Of a stretch of DNA of 64,000 nt, positions 1-9,464 are shown in pieces; the stretch's first letter is position 1, and each line of letters starts with the position of its first letter. The position numbers were made by a program, and so were the translations under genes. Source of the stretch: Planctomycetota bacterium (GTDB lineage: Bacteria; Planctomycetota; UBA1135; UBA2386). The DNA is taken from NCBI GenBank assembly GCA_965223545.1, contig OZ245006.1:7680001-7744000 (forward strand), in the 5' to 3' direction. The notes below the pieces were generated by a model that was given only the letters and a program-made list of their open reading frames with translations, searched no databases and was not told the origin of the DNA.

Positions 1-1
1 G

Positions 2-496
2 GCAGGCGTCCTCCGAGAGGTCAAAGAGCGCATCGAGAAGCTGTCTCACGGGCAGAAGATCCAGCCGGTCTTGATCGTCGACGATGCGCACCTGCTGCCG
101 ACCCACGTGCTCGACGACCTGCGACTACTGACCAACTTCGAGACCGACAGTCGCGACGAGCTGACGTTGGTGCTGTGTGGGCATCCACAGCTCGAGAGCA
201 ATCTGAGGCTCGCGATCAACGAGGCCATCGCCCAGCGCATCGTCATGCGCGTCCGGCTGCGTTCGCTACACACCGACGAGGTCCGGCAGTACCTCGAGCA
301 CCGCCTGCAGGTGGCGGGGCGCACTGCGCCGCTGTTCCTCCCCGAAGCCACCGAGGCCATCGCGCGGGCCGCGCGCGGGATCCCACGCCTCGTCGATCGA
401 CTGGCCGAGCACAGCTTGCTCGTTGCCCTGCGCGGCAAACGCAAGGAGATCGACGCGGATGTCGTGACCGAGGCCATCGACGAGGTCGCCCCGTGA
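2..496 (+). CDS. ExeA-like AAA+ ATPase (transposon helper type), 5' end outside window
   Basis: Open frame from base 2; Walker B-like LIVDDAH, LRLLTNFETDS..LTLVLCGHPQL and ARGIPRLVDRL, typical of ExeA/AAA_22 ATPases. Confidence 0.8.
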   Translation, partial: AGVLREVKERIEKLSHGQKIQPVLIVDDAHLLPTHVLDDLRLLTNFETDSRDELTLVLCGHPQLESNLRLAINEAIAQRIVMRVRLRSLHTDEVRQYLEHRLQVAGRTAPLFLPEATEAIARAARGIPRLVDRLAEHSLLVALRGKRKEIDADVVTEAIDEVAP

Positions 497-838
497 GGAA
501 GCGACCTGATCCGCCCCGACCCGATCTGGTGCGAAGGCCGCACGGGTCGTTCGGCTGGCTCGATGCACACCTGCTCCATGAGCATTGGTTGGGTCGGCTC
601 GGTCCCGACGCCGTCGCCGTGCTCGTCCTGCTGGCGATCGCCGCGGACCCGCGCGGTAGCTCCTACTACAGCAGGGCGCGCATGGCAGTGGCGCTGGACA
701 TGGACGTCGGCAGGGTGGATGCGGCGTTGGAGCGGCTGACGGACCTGGGTCTCGTTGCCTTCAGACCTTGGCGAGCGCGCTGTCGCGATGTAACTGTTCC
801 GGCAACCACGTCTGCAAACGCTCGAGTCGTTCGCCACG

Positions 839-1177
839 ATGGCGGCCATGTCGAAGCGAGCAGGTCGTCGCCGTGAGATCCGGCAGGTTCTCGCGCTCCG
901 CGAGCAGGAAGGGTTTTCGCTGCGTGCGCTCTCGGAGCGGTTCGGTATCCCGATCGGTACGCTGAGTTGGTGGTCGCATCGGTTGCGATCAGAGGAGAGC
1001 ACTGGGTTCGCGGAGGTCCGAGTTGTCGATCACGATGGTCGGGGTCGGACGACTAGCGACGAGGGCGAGAGTTCGAGCCTTGTGCGGCTCAGGTTCCCGG
1101 CGGGCGTCGTCGCGGAGTTCGAGGGCGCGATTGCTCAGGACATCGCGTACCGCTTGCTGGACTCTGTGACTGACTGA
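839..1177 (+). CDS. tnpA: IS66 TnpA (HTH accessory protein)
   Basis: HTH SLRALSERFGIPIGTLSWW; first ORF of the element. Confidence 0.85.
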   Translation: MAAMSKRAGRRREIRQVLALREQEGFSLRALSERFGIPIGTLSWWSHRLRSEESTGFAEVRVVDHDGRGRTTSDEGESSSLVRLRFPAGVVAEFEGAIAQDIAYRLLDSVTD

Positions 1178-1590
1178 TGCTGGCCTTCCCAGCGGGCGTG
1201 CGCGTGTACGTCGCCAACGAGCCAACCGACATGAGGAAGTCGTTCGACGGGCTGAGCGCGATCGTCCAGCACAGCTTTCATCGGGATCCGTTCGATGGCG
1301 ACGTCTTCGCGTTCTTCAACCGGCGTCGCGATCGCGTGAAGATCTTGTTCTGGGATCGCAACGGGTTCTGGATCTCGATGAAGCGACTCGAGCGCGGCAC
1401 GTTTGACAGCTGGCGTCCCAAGAGCGGCGACGCCACACATGTCGAAGTCGAGCGCGCACAGCTCGTGATGTTGCTCGAAGGGATTGATCTGAAATCCGCC
1501 AAGTTTCGTCGGCATTACTCACGCTCTGTTCGTATCAATGGTCGCGATGGGCGGTCGCAAGCAAACGGTCAACGTCGACGCACTGGATGA
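1177..1590 (+). CDS. tnpB: IS66 accessory protein TnpB
   Basis: PTDMRKSFDGL...FFNRRRDRVKILFWDRNGFW signature. Confidence 0.92.
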   Translation: MLAFPAGVRVYVANEPTDMRKSFDGLSAIVQHSFHRDPFDGDVFAFFNRRRDRVKILFWDRNGFWISMKRLERGTFDSWRPKSGDATHVEVERAQLVMLLEGIDLKSAKFRRHYSRSVRINGRDGRSQANGQRRRTG

Positions 1591-3160
1591 GGCGCAGCTA
1601 CGTGCCTTGATCCCGGATCTGCTCACGCAGATCTCGTCGCTGAAGTCGCAGATGTCCGACCTTCAGCGCATGCTGTTCGGTCGCCGCTCGGAGAAGAGCC
1701 GCTACATCGACCCGCGACAGCTGCTGCCGTTCGCACAAGAGGCGGTAGAGGAAGCGAGAGCCGACGCCAAGGCGGCCGAAGAAGAGGCCGAAGAGATCAC
1801 CGTCCCCGAGCACAAGCGCAGGCGCACCAAGCGACGCAAGGACTTCCCAGAGCATCTCCCGCGGCAACGCTCCGTATTCACGATCGAGGGCGAGGACCTG
1901 CTGTGCCCTTGCTGCGGCAACGGCCGTCGGGAGTTCGGCGAAGAGGTCTCGCAGGAGCTCGAGCGCATCGAGCTCTCGTTCGTCCACCAGATCGTGAAGA
2001 AGAAGTACTCCTGCGCGACCTGTCAGGGCTACGTCGTCGTCGCCGCCGGCCCCACCCGAGTCCTCGACAAGAGCATCCTCGGCCCCGGCTTCCTGGCGCA
2101 GATCATCTTCGACCGGTTTGCCAACCACATGCCGTACGCGCGCCTGGAGAAGAAGTACGCAGCCGAGGGGCTCAGCCTGTCGCGTAGCGTCTTATGCACT
2201 TCGGCGATGCGCTGTGCCGAGCTCTTGAAGCCCGTGTTCGATGCCCATGTCGAGCAAGTTCTCGAGAGCCTCGACACCTCCGTCCTGCAGGTGGACGACA
2301 CCTACGGCAACCAGCGCAACGGCCGAAACCCCGGACAGAAAAAGATCCACGTGTGGGCGTGGCGCGATCAACACGCCGGGGTTTTCTACACCGCTACGGA
2401 CTCACGCAATCGCGGCAGCCCCAAAGAGGTCTTGGGCGACCGCGGTGGTCGGTTGCAGTGCGATGGCCATGACTGCTACAGCGATCTCGATCCAACCAGC
2501 ATCGCGCGCATCGGATGCTGGGCACACCTTCGTCGCTACTTCGTGAATGCGCGGAAGCTCGGCGACTCGACCACGGAGAAGGCTCTGGGCTGGATCGGCA
2601 AGCTGTTCGCGATCGAGAGCGTCGCCAAGAAGGGCAAAGAGGGTCGACCCCTCACGGATGACGAGCTGGTCAAGGTTCGTCAGCGCGACTCTCGTCCGAT
2701 CGCGAACGCGCTCAAGGCCTGGCTCGAGCAGGTGCACATCGACCAGCCGAGCCTCCCGAAGGGTCCGTTCATGGAGGGAGTTCGCTACGGGCTCAACCAG
2801 TGGCCTGCTCTCGAGCGCTTCCTGACCGATGGCCGCATCCGCGAGATCTCAAACAACGGCTGCGAGCGTGCTCTACGTGCAGTCGTGATCGGCAAGAAGA
2901 ACTGGCTCTTCTTCGGATCCGAGGACGGCACCCAAGCTTCACTCATCCTCTTGAGTCTCGTCCAGTCGTGTCGAGAGCATGGCATCAGCCCGCTGCTCTA
3001 CCTGCGGGATGTGCTTCACGCGATCTCGACCACTCCTGCCTCCCAGGTCGGTCAGCTGACTCCGCGTGGCTGGATGCTGGGACGGCAACGGCGTGCCCAG
3101 ATCGCCGAAGCCGACAACGCGATCGACAACGTCGTGCGTCAGTTGTTCGTGGGCTCGTAG
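1538..3160 (+). CDS. tnpC: IS66 transposase TnpC
   Basis: LFGRRSEK, CPCC zinc ribbon, LQCDG, GCWAHLRR, ISNNGCERALR..GKKNWLF. Confidence 0.93.
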   Translation: MVAMGGRKQTVNVDALDEAQLRALIPDLLTQISSLKSQMSDLQRMLFGRRSEKSRYIDPRQLLPFAQEAVEEARADAKAAEEEAEEITVPEHKRRRTKRRKDFPEHLPRQRSVFTIEGEDLLCPCCGNGRREFGEEVSQELERIELSFVHQIVKKKYSCATCQGYVVVAAGPTRVLDKSILGPGFLAQIIFDRFANHMPYARLEKKYAAEGLSLSRSVLCTSAMRCAELLKPVFDAHVEQVLESLDTSVLQVDDTYGNQRNGRNPGQKKIHVWAWRDQHAGVFYTATDSRNRGSPKEVLGDRGGRLQCDGHDCYSDLDPTSIARIGCWAHLRRYFVNARKLGDSTTEKALGWIGKLFAIESVAKKGKEGRPLTDDELVKVRQRDSRPIANALKAWLEQVHIDQPSLPKGPFMEGVRYGLNQWPALERFLTDGRIREISNNGCERALRAVVIGKKNWLFFGSEDGTQASLILLSLVQSCREHGISPLLYLRDVLHAISTTPASQVGQLTPRGWMLGRQRRAQIAEADNAIDNVVRQLFVGS

Positions 3161-3406
3161 CCCAGCCGGCTACGGACGGTCACCGTCGTGCCCAGCGCCG
3201 GCGCCGACACGCGGTGGCGGAAATCTCTGTTCATGCGCCGGTTCGGCGCGGCGCGAAGAACGTGCGTGCCGGAACAGTTACGTCGCGATGGCGTGTGGCA
3301 GCTGCTTCCGGTCGAGTCGCAGCGGGCGCAGCGCGCGGAGCAGACCATGACTGCTGCGGATCTGCTGCGCAACATGGGGATGGTGCCGCCCCACGGCGGC
3401 ACGTAG

Positions 3407-3562
3407 CACGTCGCGTGGACCGAGTCGTCAACGGACGGAGTCCGGGCCGACTCGGTCGCTCGCTTCCGTCACCGGGATAATCCGGTCGCCGAGGTCGCAT
3501 CGTCACTTTGACGCACCGGAAGAACGTGACTGTGGGCCACCGGGGCTACGTGACCGCTGACA
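3407..3562 (+). mobile_element. Right end of ExeA-ATPase/HTH transposon (terminus ...GTGACCGCTGACA)
   Basis: Ends in TGACA, has repeated ACGTGAC motifs and an internal GACCGAGTCG/CGACTCGGTC hairpin; the homologous copy at 21579-21870 stops at the same base. Confidence 0.7.
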
Positions 3563-3708
3563 GTATTCGTCGAGGAACTCGCGGATGGCCTTCTCGAGTT
3601 GCCGCGTGCTGCGATGGACCCCACGGCGTGTGACGTTGCGATCCACGATCCAGAAGAAGCTCTCAGCCAGATTCAACCACGAGGAGTACGTCGGTGTGAG
3701 GTGTGAAG

Positions 3709-3845
3709 GTAAGCGTCCGGTGACGCCATGGCGGTCAGCGGTTGAAAAGCGACCGCCGACGCGTCTCAGCAGGATTGGCCGGCAGCGCGTGCCTTCGCCC
3801 AGCCCCAGGGCGTGAGTTCGGCGATGCGCGACGACGGCGTGGTGG
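3709..3845 (-). mobile_element. IS66-B right-end remnant
   Basis: Near-identical reverse complement of the last ~137 bp of IS66-B (IR GTAAGCGTCCGGTGA); truncated inside the tnpC tail. Confidence 0.85.
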
Positions 3846-5028
3846 GGTGGCGTACGTAGGTCGGCGACCGGCGCTCTGGATGACCTGGAGTCATTGGAAA
3901 AAGCGGCTGCGAGCGGTCCAGGGCTTGGATCTGCGACTATTCGTCGACGCACAAAACCAACGCGTTGTCCGCCGGCGACATGTAGAGCCCAACGATGTCG
4001 CGAACCTTCTCGATGAACTGTGGATCCGTCGACAGCGAGAACGACTCTGCTCGGTTGGGACGTAACCCGAAAGCCCGCCACGTACGCCGTACAGCGTTTG
4101 GAGACACTCCGAGCTCCTTGTCGAGTTTCCGTGAGCTCCAGTGCGTACAACCTCGCGGTTTCTCGTGCAGTGTGACGTCCACGATCCGCTCGACGTCGGC
4201 GTCGGTCACCGGTAACTGTTCCGGCACGCACGTTCTTCGCGCCGCGCCGAACCGGCGCATGAACAGAGATTTCCGCCACCGCGTGTCGGCGCCGGCGCTG
4301 GGCACGACGGTGACCGTCCGTAGCCGGCTGGGCTACGAGCCCACGAACAACTGACGCACGACGTTGTCGATCGCGTTGTCGGCTTCGGCGATCTGGGCAC
4401 GCCGTTGCCGTCCCAGCATCCAGCCACGCGGAGTCAGCTGACCGACCTGGGAGGCAGGAGTGGTCGAGATCGCGTGAAGCACATCCCGCAGGTAGAGCAG
4501 CGGGCTGATGCCATGCTCTCGACACGACTGGACGAGACTCAAGAGGATGAGTGAAGCTTGGGTGCCGTCCTCGGATCCGAAGAAGAGCCAGTTCTTCTTG
4601 CCGATCACGACTGCACGTAGAGCACGCTCGCAGCCGTTGTTTGAGATCTCGCGGATGCGGCCATCGGTCAGGAAGCGCTCGAGAGCAGGCCACTGGTTGA
4701 GCCCGTAGCGAACTCCCTCCATGAACGGACCCTTCGGGAGGCTCGGCTGGTCGATGTGCACCTGCTCGAGCCAGGCCTTGAGCGCGTTCGCGATCGGACG
4801 AGAGTCGCGCTGACGAACCTTGACCAGCTCGTCATCCGTGAGGGGTCGACCCTCTTTGCCCTTCTTGGCGACGCTCTCGATCGCGAACAGCTTGCCGATC
4901 CAGCCCAGAGCCTTCTCCGTGGTCGAGTCGCCGAGCTTCCGCGCATTCACGAAATAGCGACGAAGGTGTGCCCAACATCCGTAAGCGTCCGGTGAAGGCA
5001 TCTCGAAAGCCGCTGGCGGATCGGCAGG

Positions 5029-5373
5029 ATGCGGCGGATGACGAAGAGAATCCCCGTGTGGGCTCGGGCGGAGATGCGCGAGCTGCTTCAAGAGCTGGAC
5101 ACCTCAGGCGTGACGGTCGCCGAGTTCGCGCGCCGGCGTGGCGTCAACGCAAACCGCATCTACTGGGCGAGGCGGCAAGCCCGAGCTGCGGCGGCGCCGA
5201 CCTCCGCGCAGGCGATGTCGGACTTCGGGGAGCTGGTGGTCTCTGCAGACCCGTCTCCGCGACGAGCAGCGGCCATTGAGTTGCGGGTGCCGTCGGGCGC
5301 GGTTGTCGATGTGCAGCGCGACTTCGACGAAGCGACGCTCCGACGGCTGCTCGGAGTCCTGCTGCCATGCTGA
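5029..5373 (+). CDS. tnpA: IS66 TnpA
   Basis: SGVTVAEFARRRGVNANRIYW HTH; C-term DFDEATLRRLL. Confidence 0.85.
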   Translation: MRRMTKRIPVWARAEMRELLQELDTSGVTVAEFARRRGVNANRIYWARRQARAAAAPTSAQAMSDFGELVVSADPSPRRAAAIELRVPSGAVVDVQRDFDEATLRRLLGVLLPC

Positions 5374-5747
5374 GCTTTCCTCCCTCGCCGCAAGTCAAGA
5401 TCTTCGTTTGCCGGAAGCCGGTGGACATGAGGAAGAGCTTCAGCGGTCTGTCCGGTGCGGTCATCGACGTGGTCGACCACGACCCGCAATCTGGTCACCT
5501 CTTCCTCTTCTTCAACAAGCGCCGGACCATGATGAAGGCACTGGTATGGGAGCCGTCCGGTTACTGGGTGCTGGCGAAGCGACTGACGAGCGGCCGCTTT
5601 CAGGTCTTCGATCGCTCGGCCGAGAACAGCAGCCGATTCGAGATTGCGAGTAGCGATCTCGCGCTCTTGTTGGACGGCATCGACCTCCGTGGCGCGCGAC
5701 GCAGAGAAGTTCGCGATCAGGTGCTGCAACGACTGGCCGCGACTTGA
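5367..5747 (+). CDS. tnpB: IS66 TnpB
   Basis: PVDMRKSFSGL..LFLFFNKRR..LVWEPSGYW. Confidence 0.92.
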   Translation: MLSFPPSPQVKIFVCRKPVDMRKSFSGLSGAVIDVVDHDPQSGHLFLFFNKRRTMMKALVWEPSGYWVLAKRLTSGRFQVFDRSAENSSRFEIASSDLALLLDGIDLRGARRREVRDQVLQRLAAT

Positions 5748-5777
5748 TCCGTCTCCGGTTTGTGTTAATCAGAGGGA

Positions 5778-7331
5778 GTGACGCCGCTCACGGACCTCGA
5801 CGAAGCCAACTCGACGATCGTCAAGCTGCGCGCCGAGATCGAGCGCCTTCGCGGGCAGCTCGAACTGATGAAGCAGCGCACGTTCGGACGGCGCCGCGAG
5901 CACATCAATCCGAACCAACTGCTGCTGTTCGAGGCCGGCGTCGCGCAGCTCGAAGAGCTGCGGAAGCAGGCGCAGGAAGCGGAGCAGTCGAGCGAACTCG
6001 CGAAGCCTGACCCGAAGAAGAAGCGGAAGCGCGGTCACGGTCGCGGTCAGTTCGCCGAGCACCTGGATCGGCATGTCGTCGAGGTCGACGTGCCGGAAGC
6101 GGAGCGCTGCTGCCCCGAGTGCGGCGAGGCCATGCACTGCATCGGGACTGACGTCACCGAGCGTGGCCACATCATCCCAGCGCGGTTGGTCGTGAAGCGC
6201 TACGTACGCAACAAGTACGCGTGCCCGCACGGGCACAGGATGAAGATGGCGTCGATGCCTGCCGGCGTCGTCGAGAAGGCGAAGTACGAGCCCTCCGTCT
6301 ACGCGCATCTCGTCACAGCGAAGTACGGCGACCACCTGCCGCTGAACCGCCTGCAGGGGATCTTCCGCCGCTTCGGGGCGCACGTCCCGAAGCAGACCAT
6401 GTGGGACATGCTGGCGCGCTTCGACGAGATCGCGGCGCGTCCGATCCTGGCCGAGATGCGGCGCCAGCTGCTTCAAGAAGATGTTCTTCAAGCCGACGAG
6501 ACCCCGATCAGGGTGCGACTGGAAGGCCAGAAGGGCACCCGGCGCGGTGTGCTCTGGGCCTGGCGGAGCGCTCGCGGCAGCCCCAACGAGATGGTCGTGG
6601 CCGACTTCAGGGACAATCGATCCGCGAAGGGGCCCAACGCTTTTCTCGGCGCGTGGTCCGGGACCTTGTTGACCGATGGCTACGACGGTGTGAACCCGAA
6701 AGCGCAGCAGAACGCGATCACGCGGGCTGGGTGCTGGGCGCACGCCCGTCGGAAGTTTCGGGATGCGCTCACTGCTGGTGCATCACGGGCTGGTTTGGCG
6801 CTGCGACCGATCCAGAGGCTTTTCTGGATCGAGCGCGCCGTACTGTCCCGAGCGAAGGACCGGAACCTGACCCGTGAAGCCCTCATCGAACTGCGTGAGA
6901 CCGTTCGTAGCCGCAGATCCAAAGCGGTGCTCCACGGCCTCTACGAGATCGTGTTCGGCCTCCAAGAGGACCCGGCGACCGCGGGCAACGAGCTGCTTCG
7001 CAAGGCGGTGAACTACGCCATCCGGCAGCGGGACCCGTTGCTCGCGCACCTCGACGACGGCCGGCTGCCGATCCACAACAACGACACCGAGCGTGACCTG
7101 CGCCACGTCGTGACCGGCCGGAAGAACTGGATGACGCTCGCCAGCGAGAAGGGTGGCAACGTGGCAGCTCGCCTCTACTCGATCGTGCTCAGCTGCAAGC
7201 TGGCGAAGGTCAACGTCGAGCGCTACCTCGAGGACGTCCTGGTCGCCGTCGCCACCACGCCGTCGTCGCGCATCGCCGAACTCACGCCCTGGGGCTGGGC
7301 GAAGGCACGCGCTGCCGGCCAGTCCTGCTGA
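5778..7331 (+). CDS. tnpC: IS66 transposase TnpC
   Basis: CPECG, LQADET, LLTDGY, GCWAHARRKF, NNDTERDLR..GRKNW. Confidence 0.93.
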   Translation: MTPLTDLDEANSTIVKLRAEIERLRGQLELMKQRTFGRRREHINPNQLLLFEAGVAQLEELRKQAQEAEQSSELAKPDPKKKRKRGHGRGQFAEHLDRHVVEVDVPEAERCCPECGEAMHCIGTDVTERGHIIPARLVVKRYVRNKYACPHGHRMKMASMPAGVVEKAKYEPSVYAHLVTAKYGDHLPLNRLQGIFRRFGAHVPKQTMWDMLARFDEIAARPILAEMRRQLLQEDVLQADETPIRVRLEGQKGTRRGVLWAWRSARGSPNEMVVADFRDNRSAKGPNAFLGAWSGTLLTDGYDGVNPKAQQNAITRAGCWAHARRKFRDALTAGASRAGLALRPIQRLFWIERAVLSRAKDRNLTREALIELRETVRSRRSKAVLHGLYEIVFGLQEDPATAGNELLRKAVNYAIRQRDPLLAHLDDGRLPIHNNDTERDLRHVVTGRKNWMTLASEKGGNVAARLYSIVLSCKLAKVNVERYLEDVLVAVATTPSSRIAELTPWGWAKARAAGQSC

Positions 7332-8318
7332 AACGCGTCGGCGGTCGCTTTTCAACCGCTGACCGCCATGGCGTCACCGGACGCTTACCAACATCCGATG
7401 CGCGCGATGCTGGTTGGATCGAGATCGCTGTAGCAGTCATGGCCATCGCACTGCAACCGACCACCCCGGTCGCCCAAAACCTCTTTGGGGCTGCCGCGAT
7501 TGCGTGAGTCCGTGGCGTTGTAGAAAACCCCGGCGTGTTGATCGCGCCACGCCCACACGTGGATCTTCTTCTGTCCGGAGTTTCGGCCGTTGCGCTGGTT
7601 GCCGTAGGTGTCGTCCACCTGCAGGACGGAGGTGTCGAGGCTCTCGAGAACTTGCTCGACATGGGCATCGAACACGGGCTTCAAGAGCTCGGCACAGCGC
7701 ATCGCCGAAGTGCATAAGACGCTACGCGACAGGCTGAGCCCCTCGGCTGCGTACTTCTTCTCCAGGCGCGCGTACGGCATGTGGTTGGCAAACCGGTCGA
7801 AGATGATCTGCGCCAGGAAGCCGGGGCCGAGGATGCTCTTGTCGAGGACTCGGGTGGGGCCGGCGGCGACGACGACGTAGCCCTGACAGGTCGCGCAGGA
7901 GTACTTCTTCTTCACGATCTGGTGGACGAACGAGAGCTCGATGCGCTCGAGCTCCTGCGAGACCTCTTCGCCGAACTCCCGACGGCCGTTGCCGCAGCAA
8001 GGGCACAGCAGGTCCTCGCCCTCGATCGTGAATACGGAGCGTTGCCGCGGGAGATGCTCTGGGAAGTCCTTGCGTCGCTTGGTGCGCCTGCGCTTGTGCT
8101 CGGGGACGGTGATCTCTTCGGCCTCTTCTTCGGCCGCCTTGGCGTCGGCTCTCGCTTCCTCTACCGCCTCTTGTGCGAACGGCAGCAGCTGTCGCGGGTC
8201 GATGTAGCGGCTCTTCTCCGAGCGGCGACCGAACAGCATGCGCTGAAGGTCGGACATCTGCGACTTCAGCGACGAGATCTGCGTGAGCAGATCCGGGATC
8301 AAGGCACGTAGCTGCGCC

Positions 8319-8732
8319 TCATCCAGTGCGTCGACGTTGACCGTTTGCTTGCGACCGCCCATCGCGACCATTGATACGAACAGAGCGTGAGTAATGCCGA
8401 CGAAACTTGGCGGATTTCAGATCAATCCCTTCGAGCAACATCACGAGCTGTGCGCGCTCGACTTCGACATGTGTGGCGTCGCCGCTCTTGGGACGCCAGC
8501 TGTCAAACGTGCCGCGCTCGAGTCGCTTCATCGAGATCCAGAACCCGTTGCGATCCCAGAACAAGATCTTCACGCGATCGCGACGCCGGTTGAAGAACGC
8601 GAAGACGTCGCCATCGAACGGATCCCGATGAAAGCTGTGCTGGACGATCGCGCTCAGCCCGTCGAACGACTTCCTCATGTCGGTTGGCTCGTTGGCGACG
8701 TACACGCGCACGCCCGCTGGGAAGGCCAGCAT
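8319..8732 (-). CDS. tnpB: IS66 TnpB (IS66-A copy 2)
   Basis: Protein identical to 1177-1590. Confidence 0.92.
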   Translation of the reverse strand: MLAFPAGVRVYVANEPTDMRKSFDGLSAIVQHSFHRDPFDGDVFAFFNRRRDRVKILFWDRNGFWISMKRLERGTFDSWRPKSGDATHVEVERAQLVMLLEGIDLKSAKFRRHYSRSVRINGRDGRSQANGQRRRTG

Positions 8733-9070
8733 CAGTCAGTCACAGAGTCCAGCAAGCGGTACGCGATGTCCTGAGCAATCGCGCCCTCGAACTCCGCGAC
8801 GACGCCCGCCGGGAACCTGAGCCGCACAAGGCTCGAACTCTCGCCCTCGTCGCTAGTCGTCCGACCCCGACCATCGTGATCGACAACTCGGACCTCCGCG
8901 AACCCAGTGCTCTCCTCTGATCGCAACCGATGCGACCACCAACTCAGCGTACCGATCGGGATACCGAACCGCTCCGAGAGCGCACGCAGCGAAAACCCTT
9001 CCTGCTCGCGGAGCGCGAGAACCTGCCGGATCTCACGGCGACGACCTGCTCGCTTCGACATGGCCGCCAT
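8732..9070 (-). CDS. tnpA: IS66 TnpA (IS66-A copy 2)
   Basis: Protein identical to 839-1177. Confidence 0.85.
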   Translation of the reverse strand: MAAMSKRAGRRREIRQVLALREQEGFSLRALSERFGIPIGTLSWWSHRLRSEESTGFAEVRVVDHDGRGRTTSDEGESSSLVRLRFPAGVVAEFEGAIAQDIAYRLLDSVTD

Positions 9071-9464
9071 CGTGGCGGACGACTCGAGCGTTTGCAGACG
9101 TGGTTGCCGGAACAGTTACGGTCACCGTGCGCGGACGCCCGACGCGGGGCTCGTCCAAGAGGCCGTCGAGTCGTTGCTCAACGAAGCGCTTGCGCCACTT
9201 GCCGACCATTGCCTGGCTGACACCAAGTTCTTCCGCAACATGCTGGTTCTCCGCACCCGTGGCGCATCGCAGAACGATCTTCGCCCGAATCGCGGATGCC
9301 GCACTACCAGACCGACGCCGTACGAGGCGCTGCAGCACGCCCCGTTCGTCGTCCGTGAGCTTCAGAACCGCCTTCGGTCTACCCATCGCGCCCATGCGAA
9401 CAGATACGGAACGACCGGGGAACCTGTGAAACTAATCCCCCGAACTTTTGGCGCGACCCACTAG

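Larger units (their letters stand above)
790..3281 (+). mobile_element. IS66 family element type A, copy 1 (complete)
   Basis: Terminal IR GTAACTGTTCCGGCA at both ends; 8-bp TSD GTCGCGAT at 782-789 and 3282-3289; tnpA/B/C layout. Confidence 0.95.
493..3406 (+). pseudogene. Small HTH protein of the ExeA-type element, split by IS66-A (493-789 + 3290-3406)
   Basis: GTG overlaps the ATPase stop; the frame ...FRPWRARCRD|GVWQLLP...GGT* rejoins when the IS and one TSD copy are removed; SSYYSRARMAVALDMD is HTH-like. Confidence 0.7.
4981..7388 (+). mobile_element. IS66 family element type B, copy 1 (complete)
   Basis: IR GTAAGCGTCCGGTGA; TSD CAACATCC at 4973-4980 and 7389-7396. Confidence 0.95.
4333..8371 (-). 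pseudogene. tnpC: IS66-A tnpC split by IS66-B (7389-8371 + 4333-4980)
   Basis: Both halves nearly identical to 1538-3160; break at RIGCW|AHLRR. Confidence 0.9.
4212..9119 (-). mobile_element. IS66-A copy 2, inverted relative to copy 1 and interrupted by IS66-B
   Basis: Same IRs as copy 1; TSD GGTCACCG at 4204-4211 and 9120-9127. Confidence 0.95.
3563..9464 (-). pseudogene. IS630 family transposase in three pieces (9120-9395, 3846-4211, 3563-3708)
   Basis: N-term MGRPKAVLKLTDDER..VGKWRKRF..DEPRVGRPRTVT; middle THWSSRKL..LSTDPQF..VLCVDE*SQIQALDR (TAG at 3937-3939 where K is usual); C-term TPTYSSWLNLAESFF; left end CTAGTGGGTCGCGCC at 9464. Confidence 0.85.

Noticed and set aside
3937..3939. 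Programmed read-through of TAG in IS630
   Set aside because: The element is also split and internally deleted; a simple AAG>TAG nonsense change is sufficient.
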